Origin: Bryobacterales bacterium
GTDB taxonomy: Bacteria > Acidobacteriota > Terriglobia > Bryobacterales > Bryobacteraceae
Direction: 5' to 3'
Assembly: GCA_020853155.1 (NCBI GenBank)
Contig: JADYZL010000400.1
Coordinates: 1-32,608 of the forward strand
Length of the DNA: 32,608 bases
Shown here: positions 9,173-16,222 of the stretch, piece after piece
Position numbering within the stretch: position 1 is the stretch's first letter
Layout: each line of letters starts with the position of its first letter
Translations under genes and position numbers: made by a program
The notes under the pieces: generated by a model
Database searches by the model: none
Told to the model about the DNA's origin: nothing
Seen by the model: only the letters and a program-made list of their open reading frames with translations

Positions 9173-9622
9173 TTAGACGGCTTGCGAGGAACGGATCGTT
9201 CCGGCGGCTTCCGGCTCAAGATCCAGCCACCTCTCGATGGCCTGACGCAATACGGGCGGCTGTGAGGTATCGAGGATGGCGCGCGCTTCCGAAAACGCGA
9301 TCCGTTCGAGAATCTCGGACTCGCCGAGGTTTCTCATCCGGCGAAGCAGACATTCCACCGCGTCGCAAGCGAGCAAGCGGGTTCCGATCTCGCGGTGTTC
9401 GTCGGCGGCGATGTCGCAAATCGCCCGCAAAAGTTCTTCCGAAGGGCTTCGAAGCTCCACGACCGCTTCGAGCACCGCATGATGCAACTGCCAGTTCAAC
9501 CGGTATCGCAGGATGCGGACGAGACCCGATTGATGATCTTCCAGCCGCCCGGCGCGCTTCAGCTTATCAATCTGGCTGAGGATGGTTCCCCACTCTCGAA
9601 GGTCGGAAAAGAGATCGGGCAC
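9173..9622 (-). CDS. hypothetical all-helical protein (no family recognised)
   Basis: ORF 9173..9679 (the codon at 9679 is TTG). The GTG at 9622 is preceded by AGGAGG (9632-9637) with a 9-nt spacer, so I prefer 9622. An ATG at 9652 has no SD. Confidence 0.55.
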   Translation of the reverse strand: MPDLFSDLREWGTILSQIDKLKRAGRLEDHQSGLVRILRYRLNWQLHHAVLEAVVELRSPSEELLRAICDIAADEHREIGTRLLACDAVECLLRRMRNLGESEILERIAFSEARAILDTSQPPVLRQAIERWLDLEPEAAGTIRSSQAV

Positions 9623-9662
9623 GGTGGAAAGCCTCCTATTCTGCGCTGACATTGGCAAAGCG

Positions 9663-9678
9663 TGCAATTGCGCTGCCA
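9663..9678 (-). promoter_or_regulatory. candidate sigma-54 (-24/-12) promoter for the 9622 and 9143 genes
   Basis: The minus strand reads TGGCAGCgcaaTTGCA, a 10/12 match to TGGCACG-N4-TTGCW with GG and GC correctly spaced. The predicted TSS near 9652 leaves a ~30-nt leader containing the AGGAGG SD. Confidence 0.45.
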
Positions 9679-9755
9679 ATCGAAACGCCGCCCGCGGAGA
9701 ACGGGAGGCGCGCGAAATCGGCGGAGGATGGTGGCGTGCGTCCGGGTTTCAGTGC

Positions 9756-10340
9756 CTAACTCGCGGGAACCGGTTCCGGCGCATCTGGAACCGCCCCGCT
9801 TCGGGACGCCTTTGCTGCCCGAAAACGGGCAGTGCTGGCAGTTTCCGTCCACTTGGCCGGGGACGAAACGGCCGCTGGAGCGCCCACCGCAACGCGAAAC
9901 CGTTCGAGGGTGGCGATCGGGTCCGGGTGCGCACCGTCGAGTTGCCGCACCGCCTGGTATTCCGCGTGCGCACGTTGAACCAGGGTGGTGAGTTCCGTGT
10001 CGTCGTATGGCTCCAACAGAGCAAAAACTCCCGCCTGGCTGGCCTCGTCCAGGTCGATCGTCAACGGCCGCGGGATAGTGACCACCACGCTGGGCGCGTT
10101 TCGAAGCGTCTCCGCGTGCTTCAGTACGTCCTGCCAGCGAATTTCCGGCAGCGGCTGATGGCAGACCACGACGGAGACAAGGTGCATCAGATCCGCGGCG
10201 TCGCGCAACTGCGCGCACACAAAGGTCCGGAATTTCGCGCCGCGCAGGACGCGATGGAATCGTGCCCTGGCGCTCGATTCCGTTCCAATGAGGAGAACAC
10301 TCGGGAGGGTCGCGAGAAGGGGATGCGTGAACGTTCTCAT
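9756..10340 (-). CDS. receiver (CheY-like) domain protein lacking the phosphoacceptor residues; low-complexity C-terminal tail
   Basis: 194 aa, ATG start. By-eye threading on the CheY fold: beta1 SVLLIGTESS, beta3 LVSVVVCHQPLP, beta4 SVVVTIP, beta5 GVFALLEPY. It lies directly downstream of the NtrC-family gene. Confidence 0.5.
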   Translation of the reverse strand: MRTFTHPLLATLPSVLLIGTESSARARFHRVLRGAKFRTFVCAQLRDAADLMHLVSVVVCHQPLPEIRWQDVLKHAETLRNAPSVVVTIPRPLTIDLDEASQAGVFALLEPYDDTELTTLVQRAHAEYQAVRQLDGAHPDPIATLERFRVAVGAPAAVSSPAKWTETASTARFRAAKASRSGAVPDAPEPVPAS

Positions 10341-10355
10341 TTCACCCGAACTTCG

Positions 10356-10371
10356 TGCACGTCACGGGCCA
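10356..10371 (-). promoter_or_regulatory. weak candidate sigma-54 promoter upstream of the receiver-like gene
   Basis: The minus strand reads TGGCCCGtgacGTGCA (10/12, GG/GC spacing correct). The predicted TSS would leave only ~5 nt before the ATG at 10340, which argues against it or implies a near-leaderless transcript. Confidence 0.25.
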
Positions 10372-10416
10372 GTTCGAGGGAAGCGAGGCTGGCGGCGCGG
10401 CGCGAAGGTGAAGCGC

Positions 10417-11817
10417 TCAGGCGGAAGTGGAGAGATCTCCCTCGTCGTTACTTTTCTTACGAATCTTGTATTTTTCCATCCGGTAAATCAGGGCCTTCCG
10501 GCTGATGTCGAGGTATCGCGCCGCATGGGTCTGATTCCCGTCAAAGCGTTCGAGGGCTTTGACAAGCAGTTCTTTTTCAATCCCCTCCAGGCTTACGCCA
10601 CTCGGTGGCAGTTCCAGTTGCAGCGCGTCCACGGCGGGCCGATCGCGGCGCAGAAACTCGGGCAGATCGTTCAGCGTCACTTCGTCGCCACGAGCCAAGA
10701 CCACGATGCGTTCCACCACGTTCTCGAGCTCACGAACGTTGCCGGGCCAACGGTAATTCTGGAACCGGGGGAGCAGGGCGGGGGAGAGGCTCAACTCCGG
10801 GCGCCCCTGTCGTTCTTTCACTCTCAGGAAAAAATGCTGTACCAGCGCCGGAATGTCGTCGAGCCGGTCGCGCAGCGGAGGAATCTCGAGGGGGATCACG
10901 TTGAGGCGGTAGAAAAGATCTTCCCGGAACGTGCCGTCCTCGATCATCGCATGGAGATTCCGGTGCGTGGCGGCAACAAAGCGGACATCCACTTTTACGG
11001 GGCCGGTGGCGCCCACTTTCTCGAGTTCCCCTTCCTGCAGCAGCCGCAGCACCTTCACTTGCAACTCGCCCGGCATTTCGCCGATCTCGTCCAGGAAGAG
11101 TGTGCCTCCGTTGGCCATTTCCACCTTTCCGGTCTTGTTGGCGACCGCGCCGGTGAACGATCCCTTCACGTGTCCAAACAACTCCGATTCCAGCAGTTCT
11201 CTCGGGATGGCGCCGCAGTTGATCGTGACGAACGGACGCTCCCGCCTACGGCTGTTGAGATGGATTGCACGCGCAAGCAACTCCTTGCCCGTGCCGGTTT
11301 CGGCGTGGATCAGAATCGTCGAATTGCTTAGGGCCGCGCGGGACGCCGTATCAAGCAGGGCTAGCAGCGGTTCCGATTGCCCGATGATGCTCTCGAAACC
11401 GTACTTTCGATCGAGGCTGGCGCGCAGGTTGCGGACTTCTTCCACCAGGCGGAAGTGCTCGAGCACGCGCGTGACGACAATGCCCAGTTCTTCGTAATCG
11501 ATCGGCTTGGTAAGGTAGTCGTACGCTCCCAACCGCATCGCCTCCACAGCGCTTTGGATGGTTCCGTAGGCGGTCATTATCACGACGGGGATCTCGGCGT
11601 GCTCCCGCTGCATGCGCTTCAGCAGTTCCATGCCGGAGAGGTTGGGCATCTTCAAGTCGCTGAGGAGCAGCGCGGGAGCTTCCCGTTCGATTTCCGCGAG
11701 CGCTTCCGCCCCGTCCCGCGCGGCCGATACGGCATACCCCATCTCTTCCAACTGGGTTTGCAGCACCCAGCGAAGGCTATCGTCGTCGTCCGCGACCAGG
11801 ATTCGTTTCGGTGTCAT
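10417..11817 (-). CDS. sigma-54-dependent response regulator (NtrC family bacterial enhancer-binding protein)
   Basis: 466 aa. Receiver ILVADDDDSLRW...LLLSDLKMP. AAA+ domain with Walker A HAETGTGKE, ESELFGHVKGSFTGA (GAFTGA-type loop) and Walker B TLFLDEIGEM. C-terminal Fis-type HTH NQTHAARYLDISRKALIYRM. Confidence 0.92.
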   Translation of the reverse strand: MTPKRILVADDDDSLRWVLQTQLEEMGYAVSAARDGAEALAEIEREAPALLLSDLKMPNLSGMELLKRMQREHAEIPVVIMTAYGTIQSAVEAMRLGAYDYLTKPIDYEELGIVVTRVLEHFRLVEEVRNLRASLDRKYGFESIIGQSEPLLALLDTASRAALSNSTILIHAETGTGKELLARAIHLNSRRRERPFVTINCGAIPRELLESELFGHVKGSFTGAVANKTGKVEMANGGTLFLDEIGEMPGELQVKVLRLLQEGELEKVGATGPVKVDVRFVAATHRNLHAMIEDGTFREDLFYRLNVIPLEIPPLRDRLDDIPALVQHFFLRVKERQGRPELSLSPALLPRFQNYRWPGNVRELENVVERIVVLARGDEVTLNDLPEFLRRDRPAVDALQLELPPSGVSLEGIEKELLVKALERFDGNQTHAARYLDISRKALIYRMEKYKIRKKSNDEGDLSTSA

Positions 11818-12878
11818 GAGTCGGTATGTTTCGATGGAAGCACGACGCAGAAGGTCATCCCCGGTCCCGAATTCTTCCTTGCCAGAAGAGATCCTCCCAT
11901 CTGGCTCATGATCTGGTGGGCCACCGGGAGACCCAGGCCGGTACCGTGTTCCTTGGTCGTGAAAAACGGATCGAACAATCGGTCGACGTGCGCCGCGGCC
12001 ACCCCGTGCCCTCGATCGACGACTTCAATCGTGATCTTGTCGCCGCTGAATGCCGCGCCAAGCTCCACCATATCACCGTCCGGACTCGCCTCAATCGCGT
12101 TAATCATCAGATTCAAGAGCACTTGCTCCAATTGCTCCGGGTCGCACTCCACGGAGGGGAGGCCCACTCTCACGCGATTCGCCAGGCTCACCTGTTTGCC
12201 GCGAATGCCATGTCCGGCCAGCGTGAGTACATTCTCGAGAACCGGTAGCAAGTCCACTTTCTGAAACCGGGGCGCACGCGGCCGGGCGAAATTCAGAAAG
12301 TTCGTGAGCAGCCCATCCAGCCGGCTGCATTCATGGGTGATGATGTCGATGCATTTTTCCTGCTTCGGTTCGAGGCCCTGGCTGCGGCGTAGGATCCCGG
12401 CGGCGCCGCTGATGCTGGCCAGCGGGTTGCGAATCTCATGCGCAAGCCCGGCCGAGAGTTGCCCCAGTGCGGAGAGGCGCTCCGCCCGCTTCATGCCTTC
12501 GAAGTTCGCCTGGACCTTCTCGTACACATTCCCCAGCTTCTCCGCCAGGTTCTTGTAGTGGCGCTTCCGCCGCTGTTCCCGCGCCGTGAGCAACCCCACG
12601 CTTAACCCCACCGCAACCAGCGTCGCGGCATCCACCGCGGCTTCCATTGCCGGTGTCGCCTCGATCAACAGCAGCGCGCCGGAGCAAAGGGCGGAAAGCA
12701 GTCCACCAAGCCAACCGAATCGAATCGCCGCGAGGGTGACGATGAGCGCGTAGAGAGGTGCAAGCAGCCCGCCGCTGAGCCAGTTGAGCCACGCGATCAG
12801 CGCCAGAGCCAGAGCGATCGCCGCGTATCCGCCCCATTTCGGCCATTGGTTGTTTGGGATCCAATCTCGCGAGCTCAT
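11814..12878 (-). CDS. membrane sensor histidine kinase (about four TM helices, no obvious extracytoplasmic domain)
   Basis: 354 aa. H-box LAHEIRNPLASI, N-box LLNLMINAIEA and G-boxes DRGHGV / GTGLGL. ATGA overlap with the response-regulator gene. Confidence 0.9.
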   Translation of the reverse strand: MSSRDWIPNNQWPKWGGYAAIALALALIAWLNWLSGGLLAPLYALIVTLAAIRFGWLGGLLSALCSGALLLIEATPAMEAAVDAATLVAVGLSVGLLTAREQRRKRHYKNLAEKLGNVYEKVQANFEGMKRAERLSALGQLSAGLAHEIRNPLASISGAAGILRRSQGLEPKQEKCIDIITHECSRLDGLLTNFLNFARPRAPRFQKVDLLPVLENVLTLAGHGIRGKQVSLANRVRVGLPSVECDPEQLEQVLLNLMINAIEASPDGDMVELGAAFSGDKITIEVVDRGHGVAAAHVDRLFDPFFTTKEHGTGLGLPVAHQIMSQMGGSLLARKNSGPGMTFCVVLPSKHTDS

Positions 12879-13081
12879 AGCTGATGCCGCACCGGCCGCA
12901 CCCTCCCTCTTAGCCTAACCCCGGACGGATGCCGGGGCGCAAACTTCGCCGGATTCGCGATGAGAGGTCTGAGCGGCCCCTGGGTCCCTGGTATGCGGAA
13001 AGGCGTTGTGGCAGCAACGGTGGATCCGGGGGAGCGGAGGCCGCTCAATGTGTCCGGGTCGAGCGAAATTCGCTCCGGGTG

Positions 13082-13327
13082 CTATTCGAGGAAGAAGATG
13101 GCTGCGTAGATCAACGCAAAGATGAGCGCGCCTGCGCCGATTCCGGCAATCCACATGAAGATGCGTTCTCTGCGAACCGTGGTTGAGCCATGGTAGCTCT
13201 CCTGCATCTGGCCCATGGATTGAAACATCATGTCGCGGTCCGTCTTGGCGTTGCCCGCTGGGGGTGGCTTCGGCAAAGACTCCCGCGGATTGGTTTCCTG
13301 ATGGAGAGGTCGGGTCTGGGTAGTCAT
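13082..13327 (-). CDS. small membrane-anchored hypothetical protein
   Basis: 81 aa with one C-terminal TM helix, IFMWIAGIGAGALIFALIYAAIFFL. SD AAAGGAAA upstream of the ATG. 36 nt downstream of the DUF302-like gene. Confidence 0.5.
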   Translation of the reverse strand: MTTQTRPLHQETNPRESLPKPPPAGNAKTDRDMMFQSMGQMQESYHGSTTVRRERIFMWIAGIGAGALIFALIYAAIFFLE

Positions 13328-13363
13328 CGCAAGTTTCCTTTCTGTTCGTTCATAGGTTGATGG

Positions 13364-13792
13364 TTAGCATTGTGCGATTTGCGGAAGGGCCTCCCGCTCG
13401 CCGATGGAATCCATGGCCCGGACAATCCGGGAATGGAGTTCGAGGACGGAATCCCGGACGACGGGGGGCATTCCCATATCTCGAAGGGCTTCCGCGCTTC
13501 GAAGTACAATCTCCGATGCATGGCCATTCCCCGATATCGACACGGGCTGCGGGATGAGCATCGCGGCATCCCGTTGATAAATCACCGCTTCGAGCAACAG
13601 GGCCGGGTCGTCCACGTACAGCACAAAGCTTGGCGTAAGAGTTGCTCCGAATTCCTCCCGAATGTGAGACGCCACGTTCATCTCCGCCGGAACTCGCAAC
13701 CCGTCCTTCTCCAACGCCCGCTTCACCTGTGCCACCGCGGAGCGGCAGGAAACAGGCAAGTGGAACGTAACGGAGCGTGGATCGGAAATCAT
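13364..13792 (-). CDS. DUF302-like protein
   Basis: ORF 13364..14017. The internal ATG at 13792 has GGGAGA about 10 nt upstream. The 142-aa product (SVTFHLPVSCRSAVAQVKRALEKDGLRVPAEMNVASHIREEFGATLTPSFVLYVDDPALLLEAV...MLIPQPVSI) follows the DUF302 pattern by eye. Confidence 0.55.
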   Translation of the reverse strand: MISDPRSVTFHLPVSCRSAVAQVKRALEKDGLRVPAEMNVASHIREEFGATLTPSFVLYVDDPALLLEAVIYQRDAAMLIPQPVSISGNGHASEIVLRSAEALRDMGMPPVVRDSVLELHSRIVRAMDSIGEREALPQIAQC

Positions 13793-13855
13793 TTCGGTCG
13801 AATCTCCCTTGCAACGATGCAGTCTTTGTTCAATGCGGTATCTGCTCCATACCAT

Positions 13856-13871
13856 TGCAATCCGTGGGCCA
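13856..13871 (-). promoter_or_regulatory. candidate sigma-54 promoter for the DUF302-like and small membrane protein genes
   Basis: The minus strand reads TGGCCCAcggaTTGCA (10/12, perfect -12 element, GG/GC spacing correct). The predicted TSS near 13845 gives a ~53-nt leader. Confidence 0.45.
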
Positions 13872-14045
13872 ATCGGGAGCGGGAAGGCCTCGGCAGGCCC
13901 GGTCCGGCGAAGCGCGCCGGGTGAACGTGACTGGGCATGGCGGGTTTGGCCTCTAATCGGGCACAACTGTGCGTTTACAGGCAGAACGCTCGAGAAAGTC
14001 GCCCACAAATCCGCCAAATCGAATATAGGAGAAGAATTCGGATTG

Positions 14046-14061
14046 TGGCACGCAAATTGCT
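14046..14061 (+). promoter_or_regulatory. sigma-54 (RpoN) -24/-12 promoter upstream of rnk
   Basis: TGGCACGcaaaTTGCT is a 12/12 match to TGGCACG-N4-TTGCW. It is intergenic and correctly oriented, ~98 nt upstream of the rnk start. Confidence 0.75.
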
Positions 14062-14158
14062 ACAGATATTCCGACAGTTCCCGAAACCGGCGGCACGGGT
14101 GTAGCTATGCAGCGGCATTCCGTTTGCCCAAGCTGTGTTTGCGGCCAGGAGGATTATT

Positions 14159-14581
14159 GTGAAAACGGTGCGAGACAACATTGTCATCACGAAAAGTGAC
14201 TATGAAAGACTACGGCCGCTCGTCGATGGCGGAAGAGCGTTCAGCGGGTCTGACGCGCAAAGTGTCGGCAGGCTGGCTCAGGAACTGGACCGGGCGGAGA
14301 TTGTGGAGCAGGATGCGCTTCCGGGCGACGTGATCACGATGAATTCTCGCGCCCGGCTGAAGGATCTGGATAGCGGCGAGATGAAAGAATACCGCCTCAT
14401 CTTTCCGACACAGGAGCGGAAAGGCAACGACGTCTCGATCCTGGCTCCCATTGGAACCGCCATATTGGGCTACCGGGTGGGCGACGTCATTGAGTGGCCG
14501 GTCCCCCGGGGAATCCGGCGCCTGGAGGTCGTGGAAGTGCTCTATCAGCCGGAATCGCAGGGAGTGCCGATTGAGGGGTGA
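14159..14581 (+). CDS. rnk: regulator of nucleoside diphosphate kinase (GreA/GreB C-terminal domain family, RNAP secondary-channel binder)
   Basis: ORF 14135..14581. The GTG at 14159 is preceded by AGGAGG (14148-14153). VITMNSRARLKDLDSGE...VSILAPIGTAILGYRVGDVIEWPVPRGIRRLEVVEVLYQPESQG closely parallels my recollection of E. coli Rnk (VVTMNSRVKFRNLSDGE...[22 protein letters not shown]...LEVLELEYQPEAAG). Confidence 0.85.
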   Translation: MKTVRDNIVITKSDYERLRPLVDGGRAFSGSDAQSVGRLAQELDRAEIVEQDALPGDVITMNSRARLKDLDSGEMKEYRLIFPTQERKGNDVSILAPIGTAILGYRVGDVIEWPVPRGIRRLEVVEVLYQPESQGVPIEG

Positions 14582-14654
14582 GCGCGTGCTTGACCCGCTT
14601 GCGGATGCAGGCGCGGTTCCGTGCTGCGAACCCGGCGCTACGGTACGGAGGGAT

Positions 14655-14670
14655 TGGCAATTCACTTGCT
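14655..14670 (+). promoter_or_regulatory. candidate sigma-54 promoter directly upstream of the dksA-like gene
   Basis: TGGCAATtcacTTGCT (10/12, perfect -12 element, GG/GC spacing correct) in the 110-bp rnk/dksA gap. The predicted TSS near 14681 sits just before GGAGG (14683-14687) and the ATG at 14692. Confidence 0.45.
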
Positions 14671-14691
14671 TATAAGCGAATTGGAGGCTGC

Positions 14692-15078
14692 ATGATGCCA
14701 AGAACAAAGGTACTTGACCCCATCGCCGAGTTTCGGCATGCGTTACTTGACGAAAAATCCCAGATGGAGTGGGAGCGCCGCCAGTCGGAACCGCCACCAA
14801 CCATCGGCACGGGCGATTCCGCGGATCAGGCGGCCGCGTTCCAGGAGCAGTTTGTCACGCTCCAGCGCAAAGACCAGCAGGCGATCAAGATCCGGCTCAT
14901 CGACGCAGCCCTATCGCGGATCGAAACGGGCGAGTTCGGCCTGTGCCTTGAGTGCGACGAACCGATTGCCCCCGCGCGCCTTCGCGCCGTGCCTTGGGCG
15001 TCCTATTGCGTCGCGTGCCAGGAGCGGCAGGATGCGGGGCAAGGCTCCGAAAAGGCGCGATTCGCGTTCTCGCCCTAG
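14692..15078 (+). CDS. DksA/TraR family C4-type zinc-finger protein
   Basis: ORF 14578..15078; the ATG at 14692 follows GGAGG. C4 finger CLECDEPIAPARLRAVPWASYCVACQ. Coiled-coil tip motif DSADQA (DxxDxA) at residues 42-47. Confidence 0.85.
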   Translation: MMPRTKVLDPIAEFRHALLDEKSQMEWERRQSEPPPTIGTGDSADQAAAFQEQFVTLQRKDQQAIKIRLIDAALSRIETGEFGLCLECDEPIAPARLRAVPWASYCVACQERQDAGQGSEKARFAFSP

Positions 15079-15183
15079 ATCGACGTACACCCGCCGGGTT
15101 GCGAGATACCGTATCCGGTATGCCGGGGATTCGAAACAGCGGCGCGGGGGGCGAAGCTTTGATCTCACTTCGGGAGGTTTTCA

Positions 15184-16086
15184 ATGTTTGCACTTGAGCG
15201 GGTGCTCGCACCCATCCAACTGCAAGGGGATTTCGAACAGCGGGCGCAATACGCCATCGATATCGCCGCGGCATTGGAGGCCGAACTCACCCTGCTGCAT
15301 GTCGTGAATTCCCGTCGGCTTGATAAACGCAATTCCGGGCTCAGTTGGCCGGAATGCGCGATGACCCGCACGAATCCTCCCTGCGTGGTCCATCGCGCCG
15401 TGGTCCATGGGGAAGTGCCCGAAGCGGTGGCGCGATATGCGGCGTTTGTCGATGCGAATCTGATTGTGTTGAGCGGCGGCGCGCGATCCTCTTGGCGGCG
15501 GCTTTGGCGCGCATCCATGGTGGAGAAGATCGTGGAAGCCACCGCGAAGCCGGTCCTCGCGGGCAACCTCGGGAGGGTGGAGCGATCCCGCTTCCATTCC
15601 CACCCCCGCATCCTCTGCATGCTCGGTCTTGGGGAAGAAGAAGACCGCCTTCTGGTGGAGTATGCCCAATCTTTGGCGGAACCGTCGGGCGGCGAACTGA
15701 TTCTATACGCTGCGGCGCCCAGGGCGAATGAAGGATTTCTGTTTGACCGGTCCGGGAGCCGTCACAGGCGCCAGCCGGTGGAAGCCTCGCTCGAACAACT
15801 GAACCGCCTGGGGGAATCCCTGCGAGTGCCCAACCAGTCGACGGTGAACACGAGACCCCCTTATCTGGGCCTCCGCCCCGCAATCCGGCAGCATCGGGTG
15901 AACCTCGTCGTGGCGCTTCGAAGGGAGCGTGGCGGCATCCCGGGGGCCGGCTTCGCGTTTGACGCCCTCCTGCGCCATGCTTCCTGTCCCGTGCTTTCGA
16001 TTACGCGAGAGAGTTTGCCAAGCCCTTCGGCGCATCTTGTGCAAGCTGCCTCGGAACCCTTAGAGTTGACTGCGCGGGGCACCTAG
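15184..16086 (+). CDS. tandem universal stress protein (UspA) domain protein
   Basis: 300 aa, SD GGGAGG before the ATG. Two Usp-like halves (LTLLHVVN...LIVLSGGARSSWRRLWRASMVEKIVEATAKPVL and ELILYAAA...LLRHASCPVLSI). The ATP-binding G-x2-G-x9-G(S/T) motif looks degenerate. Confidence 0.7.
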   Translation: MFALERVLAPIQLQGDFEQRAQYAIDIAAALEAELTLLHVVNSRRLDKRNSGLSWPECAMTRTNPPCVVHRAVVHGEVPEAVARYAAFVDANLIVLSGGARSSWRRLWRASMVEKIVEATAKPVLAGNLGRVERSRFHSHPRILCMLGLGEEEDRLLVEYAQSLAEPSGGELILYAAAPRANEGFLFDRSGSRHRRQPVEASLEQLNRLGESLRVPNQSTVNTRPPYLGLRPAIRQHRVNLVVALRRERGGIPGAGFAFDALLRHASCPVLSITRESLPSPSAHLVQAASEPLELTARGT

Positions 16087-16222
16087 CCCCCGCCGCGCGG
16101 CGCTCCTTTCGTGACATAAGCGTGTACAGGAATCCTCCCTTTCGCCTAGAATCGTCTCTGATGCGGCAGTGCCGGTTCCGCCTGGGTCTTCGGACCGCAA
16201 GCTCCATTGCCAAACCCGGAAG

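Noticed and set aside
10288-11331. 347-aa plus-strand ORF (and 11377-12264) opposite the NtrC-family and kinase genes
   Set aside because: Shadow ORFs. The minus strand has textbook receiver, AAA+, HTH and HisKA/HATPase motifs.
13793-14017. N-terminal 75-codon extension of the DUF302-like ORF (and overlapping ORF 13350-13814)
   Set aside because: The extension is Arg/Pro-rich, has no SD, and would run through the divergent promoter region. The internal ATG at 13792 has an SD and starts exactly at the DUF302-like fold.
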